Shown: positions 1 through 19,223 of the stretch, one piece after another | Position numbering within the stretch: position 1 is the first letter of the stretch | Layout of the letters: every line of letters begins with the position of its first letter | Origin: the human T2T-CHM13v2.0 reference genome, Homo sapiens | DNA length: 64,000 nt | Direction: 5' to 3' (one strand) | NCBI RefSeq assembly: GCF_009914755.1 | Contig: NC_060941.1 | Notes under the pieces: model-generated | What the model saw: the letters and a program-made list of their open reading frames with translations, nothing else | Database searches by the model: none | Told to the model about the DNA's origin: nothing | Made by a program: the position numbers and the translations under genes

Positions 1-290
1 ATGCTAAGTAAAATAAACCAGTTACAAAAAGAGAGGTACTGTATGGTTCCACTTATATGCAGTATCTAGAGTACTCAAACAGATAGAAACAGAAAGTACA
101 ATGGTGGCTGCCAGGGGCTGGTGCGAAGAAGGAATGGGGAGTTGTTTAATGGGTACAGTTTCAGATTTGCAAGTTTAAAAAGTTCTGGAGATTGGCTGAA
201 CATGTGAACATGCTTAACATAACTGAACTGTACATTAAAAAATGATTAAGATGGTAAATTTTATGTATATTTTACCATAATTAAAATGTT
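1..290 (+). mobile_element. Old L1 (L1M-type) 3' end fragment
   Basis: Typical L1MB-like 3'UTR wording: tactgtatggttccacttatatg...gttctggagat...aagatggtaaattttatg. Confidence 0.8.
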
Positions 291-425
291 TTAAGTATTC
301 TCTTGTTTATAAAGTAGACATACTCTTGCAATTTTTTTTTTTTTTTTTGAGACGGAGTCTAGCTCTGTCATCCAGGCTGGAATGAAGTGGCGCGATCTTG
401 GCCCACTACAACCTCCACCTTCTAG

Positions 426-674
<249 letters not shown>

Positions 675-1141
675 TGAGCTTAGAGAAAATACTTACATAA
701 GTTTATATTTTATATTTCTAATTCATAAGTAATCAGAATATAAAATGGGAAATGAATAAGAGTTAGAATACATCAGGTACTGTTTGGAAGCTCATTTAGC
801 AAGACTTCCAAAAGACCAAATTTATAATATAGCTTTTACAATATAGAAAATTTGCCAAAACTCCTCTTAATTAACAGCCTGTATTCACTTGCAGCAAGGG
901 GAGGCCAGTAGGCATCAAACAGCAAGTAAGAAAGACTAGCAGGTTAGCAAATTGTAGCAGTCTATTCCTTTTGAGAGGCTCTAATAGAAGAGGCCCAAAA
1001 AGAGGTAAAAGGTCTTTCCAAACAGTAATACCCACCACTTCAGAGGAAAAACACCTAAGTGTTCACCAAAGAAATGTGCCATTGTATAGAAAAGAAATTA
1101 AATAATTATTTTTGGTGAGACCTCTACAATGCTACAAGTGA

Positions 1142-1500
<359 letters not shown>

Positions 1501-2355
1501 TAATTCTGATTATGCATTAATGTGTTATACTACCATAATTAAGCCTCTTTCTTTTTTTTTTTTTTTTTCTTTTTTTAAGAGATGGGTTCTTGCTATGTTA
1601 CCTAAGCCATCCTCTGGGCTCAAGAGATCCTCCTGCCTGAGCCTCCCAAGTATCTGGGACTACAGATGCACACCACCACACCCTGTTCTCTTATTTCTAT
1701 GGTTCTATTTCCTCAGTATAATGAAGAAACAGATAAATTTTTTTCTAATGACCTGTGAGGTTTCAACCTCTTGCTTTACCATGTTGTGACTCTACAGAAA
1801 GTGACAAGGCTTTATTTCTAAACATTCAGGGGTCCTGGAATCTCACCTAATTCAAGTTATTTTATTATTGCTGGACAGTGAAGCCTTACAATTAACCATG
1901 TTGTAGCTTCTTCATCTATAAAAACCAATCACTGCCACATCACTCTTTCCTTTCTTTACCTGCTCCCCATAACAACTCTCCAGATATGTTCAAAATTCTT
2001 CAATCATGGAACATAAGACCATTTATTCATTCTTGTCCCTTAAATGACTTAACACTGTATTATCACTGTGTCCCCATTAAACAGTTAACAGAAATCATGT
2101 CTCATTTACCTTTGTATGCCTATCATCTAGCAAAGTACTTTCTGTGTGGGGGGAGGGGAGGGCGAGAGGTATCTGTGTATACATGGCATGAAATAACTGT
2201 TGTTAAATAAACACAATAAGAATATGTTACTTAACAGTAACAGCGCATGACTGAAAGAATTAAAAACAAGAAATATAACACTACTTATTCATAAATAACT
2301 AAAAGGCAACTACCAATATAGTGTCATTAAACAATACAAAGGCAAAATCCATTCA

Positions 2356-2526
<171 letters not shown>

Positions 2527-3376
2527 CTAATTCAGGAATTTGAGATTATTTTATAAAATAAATACGTTTCTCAAAATAGAGAGCACAATAATACTCATAC
2601 CATAACACTATTTTTTTTTTTTAAGAGATGAGTCTCACTCTATGACCCAGGGTGGAATGCAGCGGCATGCATGATCATGGTTCACTGTAGCCTTGACCTC
2701 CTAGGCTCAAGCGATCCTCCTGCCTCAGCCTCCTGAGTGGCTGGGACTACAGCAGCACACCATCAAACCCAGCTAATTTTAAAATTTTTTGTAGAGACGG
2801 GAATCTTGCTATATTTCCCAGGCTGGTCTTGAACTCCTGGCCTCCAGTGATCCTCCCAAAGTACTAGGATTACAGGTATGAGCCACTACCTGGCCCCATA
2901 ATACTATTAAAACTAAAAAAATAAAAAATAAAAAAAAAGACAATGAAAAATATTATCTGTGACTTATTTTCACCACATTAACACGTCATTTATGAAAAGA
3001 AACAAAAAGCTAAACAAAAACATATGATTCAGAATATGGACTGAATTCTCAACTTCTGAGTCTAAAGCTGTACTGTTGGCGTAGTGGCTCGCGCCTGTAA
3101 TCCCAGCACTTTGGGAGGCTGAGGCAGGTAGATTGCTTGAGCCCAGGTGTTCGAGACCAGCCTGGGCAACATGATGAAACCCTGTCTCTATAAAAAATTA
3201 GCCAAGTGCAATGGCATGTGCCTACAGTCCCAGCTACCCATGAAGCTGAGGTAGGAGGACCACATGAGCCAGGGAGATTGAGGCTGCAGTGAGCCAAGAT
3301 CATGCCTCTGCACTCCAGCCTGGGGAACAGAGTGAGAGCCTGTCTCAAAAACAAAACAAAACAAAACACAAATCCA

Positions 3377-3883
3377 CAGCTGTGCTGTCCAAAACGATAG
3401 CCACTAGCCACATGTGACTCTTTTAAGTTAAAATTAAATAAAAATAAAATTTTGGCCAGGTGCAGTGGCTCACACCTGTAATCCCAGCAGTTTGGGAGGC
3501 CACAGCGGGTGGATCACAAGGTCAGGAGATCAAGACCATCCTGGCCAACATGGTGAAACGCTGTCTCTACTAAAAATACAAAAATTAGCTGGGCGTGGTG
3601 GCACGTGCCTGTAATCCCAGCTACTTGGGAGGATGAGGCAGGAGAATCACTTGAACCAGGGAGTCAGAGGTTGCAGTGAGCCAAGATTGCGCCACTGCAC
3701 CCCAGCCTGGCGAAAGAGTGAGACTCCATCTCAAAAATAAATAAATAAGTAAAATTTCATCATATAGCCACACTAGACACATTTCAAGTGATCGACAGCC
3801 ACACACAACTAGTGGCTACCATACTGGACAGTGTAGACATAGAACACTTTCATCATTATAAAAAGTTCTACTTGATAATGCTG
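3377..3883 (-). mobile_element. MER3-like hAT-Charlie DNA transposon interrupted by an Alu
   Basis: gctgtccaa...tagccactagccacatgtg and ctagtggctaccatactggacag motifs. Confidence 0.75.
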
Positions 3884-5025
3884 GTCTTATAAGATAATGT
3901 AAGAAAGGTGGGACGAGGCACAGTGGTTCACGCTGCAATCCTAGCACTTCGGGAGGTCAAGGTGGTAGGATCCCTTGAGCCCAGGAAGTCGAGACCAGTT
4001 TGGCCAACACAGTGACATCTCATCTCTACAAAAAATAAACAAAATTAGCTGGCATGGTAGCACACACCAGTGGTCCCAGTTAGGAAGGAGGTTGAGGTAG
4101 GAGGATCACCTGAGCCCAGGAGGTCGAGGCTGCAGTGAGCTGAAATCACGCCATTGCACTCCGGCCTGGACGACAGAGCGAGACTCTGTCTCAAAAAAAT
4201 AAAAAGAAAAGTGAATACAAAAAGAAAAATGGTTAACAGATGGCACTCCAGCATTATTTTTTGAAACCAAAAGTAGAGATAACCTAAATGTCTCTCAATA
4301 TGGGCATAAATAAATCAAGGTATAGTCATAAAACTGATTATCAGTCACTTTTTTAAAAAATGACTTATGTATACATACAATCAAGAAAAGATATCTACCA
4401 TATTTTACATGAAAAAGCAAACTGCAAAACAATATTATATCATTGGTACATTTTAAGAAAAAGCATATGGGAATCACATACGCATATATATATATAAATA
4501 TAGGCACAATCATACTGGATTAGGGCATTACAAAATACATGCACAAAAAACAGTCTAGAAGAATAGATACCAAACCCAACAATTTCTTCTGAAAGTATTA
4601 TTAAGTGAGAAGACAGGGTAGGGAGTATCAGAATCAGAAGGCTTTTTATTTTATTTTATATTTATCTCTACCATCTGGATTTTTTTGTTTGTTTTTTGTT
4701 TTTATTTTTTTGAGACAGACTCTCGCTCTGTGGCCCAGGCTGGAGTGCAGTGGCGTGACCTTGGCTCAAGTGCAGCAGTACGATCTCAGCTCACTCCAAC
4801 CTCCACCTCCTAGGTTCAAGCAATTCTCATGCTTCAGCCTCCTGAGTAGCTGGGACTATAGTCGCGCGCCACCACGCCCAGCTAATTTTTGTATTTTTAG
4901 TAGAGACAAGGTTTCACTATGTTGGCCAGGCTGGTGTCGAATTCCCGACCTCAGGTGATCCAGCCGCCTTGGCCTCCCAAAGTGCTGGGATTACAGGTAT
5001 GAGCAAGCCACTGTGCCCGGCCAAG

Positions 5026-5158
5026 CTATCTGGATTTTTTTAACCAGAAAACATTAAAATTTTTTGCTTAATTATAAAAGATAAATTATGCCCTAACTAT
5101 CTGGATTTTTTAACCAGAAACATTAAAAATTTGTTGCTTAATTATAAAAGGTAAATTA
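5026..5158. repeat. Near-tandem ~62-bp direct duplication (5026-5088 and 5097-5158)
   Basis: ctatctggatttttt(t)aaccagaaa(a)cattaaaa...gcttaattataaaag(a/g)taaatta occurs twice. Confidence 0.9.
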
Positions 5159-5392
5159 AGAAGTTATACAATGATTTTCTGAGAGGCAGAGTACAACATA
5201 GTAAACGTAATTTTAAGTCACATGAATTAGTCCCTGCATTTCTTTTTCTAGTCAAATTGCTTATTTCTACTCAACTATCTTCACGAAGAAGAGAAATGGG
5301 CAGACTGCAGGAAAACTGCCTTTATGAATCCCAAGGCACATTCTGATCTTACTATTTTCAAAATTCACAAATAATCGTAAGGAAACACTTAC

Positions 5393-5433
5393 CGGCAATG
5401 AGGACATTGAGCTCTCTGCTCTGTCAGCCAGCG
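5393..5433 (-). CDS. TRIM37: TRIM37 exon 3 (RWLTEQRAQCPHC-R), end of the RING
   Basis: ccccttag acceptor, gtaag donor, 41 nt, phase 0-2; continues the exon 2 frame. Confidence 0.97.
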
Positions 5434-5476
5434 CTAAGGGGGCAAAAGATTAGATATCGATTAGAAAACATCATTA

Positions 5477-5760
5477 CTATATATATATATTACTTAATAT
5501 TTTATATTTATATATAATATATATAATATTCTTAATATATATAATATATAAATATATAATATTCATAATATATAATATATAATATATTATTATATAACAT
5601 ATCATATATATATAATGTATAATGTATAATAATGTATAATATATTATACATTATATATATAATATATATATAATGTATAATATATTATACATTATATATA
5701 TAATATATATATAATGTATAATAATGTATAATATATTATATAATATTTATATATATAAAA
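5477..5760. repeat. AT-rich low-complexity repeat with an internal palindrome
   Basis: Almost entirely A/T; 41-bp period; 82-bp palindrome at 5642-5723. Confidence 0.95.
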
Positions 5761-6087
5761 TACTACAAATCTAATGGGTTTAACTCTCTAGTGCTTAGTT
5801 TTAGAGATACTTATAAAAGTAACAGGCAATCTACTGTTTCCCTCACTGTCATCCTCATAGGGATAAACTTTTGAAGGGACAAAACTCAACACAAAATAGC
5901 TGTTAAAAGGCTACTCTCACACAGGAAAAGCAATGATTTCAGGACTAACTGATTCTCACAGGGAACGTCTATATAATCTTATTATTGTCTTATAATAATG
6001 GCACTGTCTCCTTTGCACTCAAAAATAAACCACAGTGATGATTTATTTCTATCTAGTTTACTACTAAATTTATTTTTTGAAAAGCTA

Positions 6088-6543
<456 letters not shown>

Positions 6544-7028
6544 CTAGATATCTTGGTTTCCTCATAATTATAAAAAGGTTTTAGAAGAGAATAATGTCTC
6601 TACTAAACCAAAAATTATATTAATAATTTATTAGGAAACTGAGAGCAATGTTATACCACATATAAAGGAGATGTTAAGATTTTCTGACTAGTTTTCAGGA
6701 AACAACAGGTTTATAATAAAAAAAACTTTATGTTTTAATTGTCTGATAAATAGGTTCAGAGGTAAATAACTATGATCCTACACCAACGTACTCCCAATAT
6801 CTGTTATTTGTTTATCTCTTTCTACTTTTTAAAATGAACATGAGCTTTAACTTGATGCCAAATAATTAACTTAGAAATAAAATTCCCAAGGAAACCTTAA
6901 AGGACAGTAAAAGACTTAAAATGATAGCAAGCAAGGTACTTCAGAGCAAAGAAAATAAAGCTGAAAGAAAAAGCATACAGAGCACGCCTGTAATCCCAGC
7001 ACTTTGGGAGGCTGAGGCGGGTGGATCA

Positions 7029-7274
<246 letters not shown>

Positions 7275-7951
7275 CTATGGAAAAGGATTCCTCCATTCTT
7301 AATAACCTTGAACATTATTATTACCTTGGTCCCTAGGCAAAAACGAAATTTGGGTCAGGTTTCTTCCCCTGAAACAATGGCATGACCATGCCACTCTTCT
7401 GTTAAAGTCACAGCTCCTCTCCAGAACTGGTCTCATGAACTCCTCTCCAGAACTGGCCCTATAACCCAGCAAGGTAATGTCTTTACATGTTTCCTCTCTC
7501 TGCCTAAGATATTCTTCAAAACCTTTCTTCATCTGGGTTACTCCTACTCATTGTTTAGATTTCAGTTCATAAGTTGCTTTCTCCAAAAAGCTTTCCCTGA
7601 CACTCTGCAGACTATTTTAGATACAATTGCCATGCTCTACCACAGCAACCTACACTTCCCCCTTCAGATACTTTATTACGACGACTTATTTGTTGGTCTC
7701 CTTTGCCCTGCTAGACTATAAAACTTATAAAGACTGGGACTATGATAGGGAGTAACCAGATCGTATTTTAAATGTCTCCCTCCCTCCCAGTCAAAACAGG
7801 CTTACTGCTGCACTATATAACACTGTCGATATATCTGTGCATTTGCTTATATGGTCCCTCCCTCCATATCCCGTCTCATAGAAATGTCACTGGATCATGT
7901 CCATAAAATTTCCTGCCTTTCCCAGGCTATAGTGAGTTTTACATTCTCTGA

Positions 7952-8215
<264 letters not shown>

Positions 8216-10351
8216 TGACCTCAAGTGATCTGCCCGCCTGGGCCTCCCAAAGTGCTGGGATTACAGGCATACAGGCATGAAATTGCTCAGCCTCCACAAT
8301 CTAATTTAATTACAAAATAAATATGACAATGTTAATACTTTGAGAAAAGCAATGTTTCTCTCAAACCAAAACCAAAGAACCAGTGGTACAATATTAATGC
8401 ATAATATTAAACAAATATCTTTAGAGCATTCCCCCTCATTCAATTAAAAAATCATAAACATAAAATAAAATTAAAATTAAAAATTATTTTCTCTCCTTCA
8501 TTAAACTGGAAGAATCACAAGCTTTAGAAAGTATTCAGATCTGTGTCTGATTCCCAGCTCTGGCACTTATGGACCACATGACATTGGACAAGTGACTGAG
8601 CTCGTCTCCTCATATGCAACAAGAGAATCAACATATCTACCCTGCAAAACCGCTCTAAGGGTTAGAGAGAAGCTGTTAGCAATATATACTAAGTATCTAA
8701 GATAATCTTAAAAAAAAAACAAACTGGCTGCTAACATTTATAGTTCAATTACTACTGGATGTGAGGAAAAAGGAAGATTAAGGTGAGCTAGGTTTTTGGA
8801 TAAAAAACTGGGTTCCTGACTGGAAAAGAAACAGATTTGGCATGGTGAAAAACAAAAACAAAAACAAAAACAAAACAAAAAAAAACCTCTTATAGAGACG
8901 ATATATTTCAGATGCATACTACAAGTCCAAATGAAGGTAGTTAGATACTGGAGGCAGAGAAAAGGCCAGGACTGAAAAGATAAAGTTGGGAAGTTTAAGT
9001 CTAGAGGTAGTGTTAAAAGTCATGGACCAGTCGGGTGTGGTGGCTCACACCTTTAATCCCAGCACTTTGGCAGGCCAAGGTGGGAGGATTGCTTAAGGCC
9101 AGGAGCTCCAGATCAGCCTGGGTCACATAGCAAGATACCATCTCTACAATAAATTTAAAAATTAGCCGGGCATGGTGGACACGCCTGTAGTCCCAGCTAC
9201 TCCTCAGGAGGCTGAGGTGGGAGGATCAACTGAGTCCAGAGGTCAGGGCTGCAGTGAGCCATGATCATGCCACTGTCTCTAGCCTGGATGACAGAGCAAG
9301 ACTCGGTCTCTTAAAAAAAAAAAATCCATAGACCATGAAGTTACTAGGAAGATGGTATAGCTATTATGGCAAAGATACCAAAGATAACGTTTCAAGAAAA
9401 ACAGATGAAGTAATTTATGCTGAATGCTCCGAGAAGGAAAGATAAGGCCAACAAAAGGTTCATTGGATTTAGCAAAACTGAGTCTACACTTTGCAGGAGC
9501 TATGTGAGTAGTGTGGAGGGAGCTAAAGCCAAGTTAGAATGGGTTGAAGGGTAAGTAGATGGCAAGGTTGCAGGGAAATGGAGTGGAAAACACTCTTTTA
9601 AATACTTTTAGCTATAAGAGAAAACAGGCAGTAAATAGGAAATTTGTTAACAAAGGACTTTTATTCCCAAACAGCTCAAAATTGCAAGGAAACTAGGAGG
9701 CCGATCATAGAGGATCTTAGATGCCTTGTGAAAGCATACAAAATTTCTTACATCCCCTAATGTACTGTTTGAGGCAAACTATATATACATACAAAAACAT
9801 GCTAAATACTTTCTGGGGTTGTTTTTGTTTTTGAGACAAGTCTCACTCTGTCACTCAGGCAGGAGAGCAGTGGCCCAAACACAGCTCACTGCAGCCTCAA
9901 CCTCTTCATCTCAAGAGGTCCTCCCACCTGACCCTCTGAAGTAGCTGAGGCTACAGGTGTGCCCACCACATCCAGCTAATTTTTTAATTTTTTTTGCAGA
10001 GATGGGATCTTGCCATGTTGCTCAGCCTGGTCTTGAAGTCCTGGGCTCAAACAATCCTCCATCTTTGGGCCTCCCAACGTGCTGGGACTACAGGCATGAG
10101 CCACTGTGCCCAGACTAAAATAGTTTCTTACAAACATCTATACCACTAAACTATAACAAAAGTCCACTTCTTATGGTATGTCTACCAAAGAAAGGGAAAA
10201 GCTGTCCTTTTGTTCATTTCCAAAAACCTGTAAGAATGAGTAATTATCATAAAGATTGTATATATTAATTATCTAGCATACAGAACTAAATAAGCCAGAT
10301 GGTAAATAAAATTACTGTTAGTGTAACAGGAGACCAAAAAAAGAGAGTTTA

Positions 10352-10709
<358 letters not shown>

Positions 10710-10979
10710 TTAATTACAGCAATTATTAAAAATCTTAGATCATGGGCTCATGATTGATTAAATACTATTTCCAATGCCTAATCCTGCATTTGAAATTAAT
10801 TAAAAATATAAGTATTTATTAAATTCCTTCCATTTCTTCAGAATATAATCAGAGATATCATTATTGACATGTACTGTGCATCCTCATTCATAATGCTATA
10901 TGAAAAATTTTAATGTATATGTGGTCTGGGAGTTTAAGATATTTACTAGAGAAATTGTGCTAGGGAAATCCTCAACAAA

Positions 10980-12470
10980 ATCCCAATAAAACTAATTCAA
11001 CAGACTATTTAAAAAATTATACACTGTGGCCAAGTGGGATTTATTCCTAGAATAGAAAGATGATTCAACTACAAAAATCATTCAATGTAATAAACCACTT
11101 CATGGAAAACCCCCACTATGATCATCTCAATTGATGCAGAAAAGGCATCTGACAAAATCCAATATCCTTTCATGATAAAAATACTCAATAGAAATAGAAG
11201 GGAACTTCCTCAACTTGATAAAGGCCATATATAAAAACTCATAAAAATCATAGTCAACGATTCAAAGGCTAAAAACTCTTCCCCTTAAGATCAGGAAAAA
11301 TTCCCCTTAAGATCAGGAAAAAGACAAGGATGCCAGCTTTTACCATTTCTATTTGACATAATACAGGTACTAAAAATTCCAGCCAGAGTACTTAGGCAAG
11401 ATAAAGAAATAAAAAGTATCCTAATTAAAAAAGAAGTGAAATTATCTTTTTGCAGATGACATGATCTTATCTGTAAAAATCCCTAAAGAGTCCACAAAAT
11501 ATTGTTAAAGCTAATAAACACAACAGTTACAGGAGACAAACACACAAAAAACACTGGCATTTCTATAAGCTTGCAATGAACAATCTAAAAACGAAATTAA
11601 GAAAATAACACATTTGCAACAGCATCAAAAGGAATAAAATGCTTAGGGAAAAAAAAAACCAAGAATTTGAAAGACATACATGGAGGCTGAGTGTGGTGGC
11701 TCACACCTATAATCCCAGCATTGGGAGGCCAAGACAAGAGGGTCTCTTGAACCCAGGAAGTTGAGGCTGCAGTGAGCCATGATCGCATCACTGCACTCCA
11801 GCCTGGGTGACAGTGAGATCCTGTCTCAAAACAATAAAAAACAAAAAGAAAGACTTATACGTGCAAAACTACAATACACTGCTCAAAGAAGTTAAAGAAG
11901 TCCTAAATAAATGGAAAGACACCCATGTTCAAGGATCATAAGATTTAATATTGTTAAGACAGCAATATTACTCAAAGGCATGTACAGAATCAATGTAATC
12001 CCTACTAAAACTCCAATGGTACTTTTTATATTGGTAGAAAACTGCATTTAAAATTCACATGGAATCTCAAGGGATGCCAAATAGTCAAAACTATCTTGAA
12101 AAAGTTGGAGGACTCACACTTCCTAATTTCAAAACTTACTACAAAGCTACAGTAATCAAAACAGTGTGGTACTACCATAAGAACAGAAATAGAGACTAAT
12201 AGAACAGAATAGAGAGGTAGAAATAAACAAAAATATTTTATGATTCCATTTATATGATGTACTTAGAATAGTCAATGTAAAGACAGAAGGTAGAATAGTG
12301 GTTAACAGGGGCTAGGGGGAAGAGAATAATGAGAATTTATTGTTTATCAAGTACAGAGTTTCAGTTTGGGATGATGAAAAAGTACTAAAGGTGGATAGTG
12401 GTGATGGCTGCACAACAATGTGAATGTACTTAATGCCGCTAAACAGTACACTTAAAAATACAGTTAAAAT
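10980..12470 (+). mobile_element. Degenerate L1 ORF2 (reverse transcriptase) remnant joined to an L1M 3'UTR, interrupted by an Alu monomer
   Basis: Translates to MIISIDAEKASDKIQYPFMIK (~11118) and FADDMILS (~11450); frameshifts and stops present. Confidence 0.9.
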
Positions 12471-13061
12471 TGCAAATTTGGCTGGGCCAAGTGGCTCACA
12501 TCTGTAATCCTAGCACTTGGGAGGCCAAGGCAGGCAGATCACTTGAGCCCAGGAGTTTGAGGCCAGCTTTGGCAACAAAGTAAAACCCTGTCTCTACAAA
12601 AAATAAAAAAATTAGCCAGGCACGATGGCACACACTTGTGGTCCCAGCTACTCAAGAGTGTGAAGCAGGCCAACTGCTTGAGCCCAAGAGATTGAGGCTG
12701 CAGTGAGCCATGATTGTGTCACTGTGCTCCAACGTGGGCAACAGAGTGAGACACTGTCTCATTTAAAAAAAAAAAAAAAAAAAGGCTAATTTTACATTAG
12801 GTATATTTTACCACAATTAAAAAAAAATTAACAGAATACCATATGACCCAGCAATTTCACTTCTAGATATATATTCAAAAGAAATGAAAGCAGGAACTCA
12901 AACAGATAATTGTTAACAACAGAACTATTAACAATATCCAATATCCAAAAAGTGAAAACAACCCAAGTGTCCATCAAGAGATAAAAATGGATAAATAGGC
13001 TAGGCGCGGTGGCTCAATGCCTGTAATCCCAGCACTTTGGGAGGCCAAGGAGGGTGGATCA

Positions 13062-13292
<231 letters not shown>

Positions 13293-13321
13293 TTAAGAAA
13301 AAGGATAAACAAAAAGTGGTA

Positions 13322-13480
13322 TATAGCCATGTGTCACATAAAGATGTTTCGGTAAATGATGGACCGCATATACTACAGTAGTCTCGTAAGATTAGAATGG
13401 AGCTGCCCTACATAGGTGTACCATTTTTTATCTTTTATACTGTATTTTTAATATACCTTTTCTATGTTTACTTATGTTTA
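13322..13480 (+). mobile_element. Tigger3-family DNA transposon fragment
   Basis: gtttcggtaaatgatggaccgcatatac...taagattagaatggagctg resembles the Tigger3 terminus. Confidence 0.7.
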
Positions 13481-13499
13481 TTTTCTTTTTTCTTTTTTT

Positions 13500-15210
<1,711 letters not shown>

Positions 15211-15750
15211 GACTGGCTTGAAAACAAGTAGGCAAGCAATCAATATTTGCTGAATGAATGAACAAATGATTAGTGCATTCAGGAACCAAGACAGCCCTAG
15301 AAAGAAAGGTCAGAACCAGATCTGGATGGTCTGAACACAAGGCTAACATTCTTGGATTTTATCCTTTACATAATACATTTCTGAGGCTTCTGGGGAAAAG
15401 AAAGAGATATCAGTGAAAAATATTAATATAGTAGCAGGACAGAAAATGGACTGGAGATAAGAAAAGACTCAAACCTGAGAGATCAGACAGAAAGTAATTA
15501 AATAATCTAAGCATGAGGTAACCAATGTTCATACTTCTCTATTAGCATGGTAATGATAAAAACAGAAGGGTAAGACAAATATAAGTGAAACAGGGAGATA
15601 ATAACTAATTGCACTTAAAAATCATTGGTATAGGCCAGAGGCAGCGGCTCATGCCTGTAATCCCAGCACTTTGGGAGGCCAAGGAGGGAAGATCAGTTGA
15701 GGTCAGGAGTTTGAGACCAGCCTGGGCAACATAGTGAAACCCCATCTCTA

Positions 15751-16123
<373 letters not shown>

Positions 16124-16906
16124 TTAGAATCGGTTTGAGAAAATAATATGAATAATCTGATCTTGAACAAAGTTCAAGATGCTAGAAGGACAAGACATCC
16201 AAAAGTCAGTGCTGAAGGAATAGATTTAGGAGCCATACACACAGAGATGATAGCTAAAGCTGCTAAAGTAAATCAAATTTCCCAAAGTAGGTGAATACTC
16301 CCAGAAACCTCAGAGTAGAGAACGACAGCAACAAGATCTTAGGAAATTAAGAAATAAATGCATTTAAGGGGCAGGAGGAAGAAGATGTAACAATGAAAAA
16401 ATACAGAATCAATGAGGCATAAGGTAACAACCAGAGACCATAAGCACATGGGACCTTCATCAAAAGAAATGCGCCCAGATCCAGATTCTACCACTTAATT
16501 AACTATAACGGAGTCCAATTACTTAATTTATCTAGCATCAGTTTCACTGTTTATTAAAACATGGGTAAGTGTTAATGTGTATTAGTTGCTATTTTAACAA
16601 TAAAATAACACCTTACAAACAAGTAGATATAGTATTTCATAATTTCTGAATTACTCCTTAGGTTATCTCATTTAATGCCATAACCACCCTGTAAAGCAAA
16701 TCATATCTGAATTCTACAGCTGAAGAAAGAAGGCCAAGAAAGAGTGAATCTCTTAGTTTTAGAAGTATGAGAACTAACATCATATTTAACTGGGTCTTCT
16801 GCGCATGGTACAGTGACAAAGAACAGGCTATAGAGTTCTTGAACTTAATGGGTTCAAATCCAGTACCATCAATTGTGAGCTGTGTGACTAGAAAAAAATT
16901 ATTTAA

Positions 16907-17290
<384 letters not shown>

Positions 17291-17350
17291 TGAAGAGCAT
17301 GTGACCTCTTTGATTTTCTCAGGAAAATAAATAATTGAAGGGGAATGTGA

Positions 17351-17761
<411 letters not shown>

Positions 17762-18292
17762 TGAGACGGAGTCTCACTCTGTCGCCAGGCTGGAGTGCAG
17801 TGGCGCTCTCTCGGCTCACTGCAACCTCTGCCCTCCCGGGTTCAAACAATTCTCCTGCCTCAGCCTCCCAAGTAGCTGGGACACAGGTACATGCCACCAT
17901 GCCCAGCTAATTTTTGTATTTTTAGTAGAGACAGGGTTTCACCATGTTGGCCAGGATGGTCTCGATCTCTTGACCTCGTGATCCACCTACCTCGGCCTCC
18001 CAAAGCACCAACACTCAAGTTTTAAAGCCACTAGATTATATTCATCTCTAGAGTGTCTTGTAATTGTAAGATTAAACACTTTTTCTCTATCTTACTCACC
18101 AAACACATATAAACCAGTCCTCTTCTGAGCCCCACAGCACTTCTTTAGTGCCTCCTTATGATACCGCACATTCTTCAAAATAAACATTCTAAACTCCATT
18201 CCCTCAATTAGATTTAAGCTCCTTCAAGGCAGGCAATTTGTCATTTATCTTAGTATTCCTCAACCCCAAGCACAGTGCAAGCAAGCACTTTA

Positions 18293-18523
<231 letters not shown>

Positions 18524-19010
18524 TTAGGCTACTGAATCAAGAGTAAAAGGCAAGCTCAAAACAACTTGACATTTACATTTATTTTGGGCTGATCTCTCAA
18601 TTTTAACTATTCCATATCAGGATTTGGTTGGTCAAGATACAGAGTACCTCAAAACATCTGGAAAATGTACTCCCGTTTGGTTTCACGATGATTCTATTCT
18701 AAGGAAAATATAGGAAATGCAAACACAGACATGCAGAAAAATTTTCACTAAAGCAGTAATTATAATGGCAAGAATCTAGGTACAGCCCAAATGTCCAAAT
18801 ATTAAGTAAATTATGGCAGTTACACATAGATTACAGTCACCAGAAATACTTCTTCATCTAATGATATAGAAAAATGCATATAATGTATAACAGCAGGGAA
18901 AAAAGGCCCAGGCATGATGGTTCATTACTGTAATCCTAGCACTTTGGGAGGCTGAGGCAGGTGGATCACTCGAGGTCGGGAGTTCGAGACCAACCTGGCC
19001 AAAATGGTTA

Positions 19011-19223
<213 letters not shown>

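Noticed and set aside
10980-12230. L1 reverse transcriptase as an active or domesticated gene
   Set aside because: Multiple frameshifts, stops, deletions and an Alu insertion.
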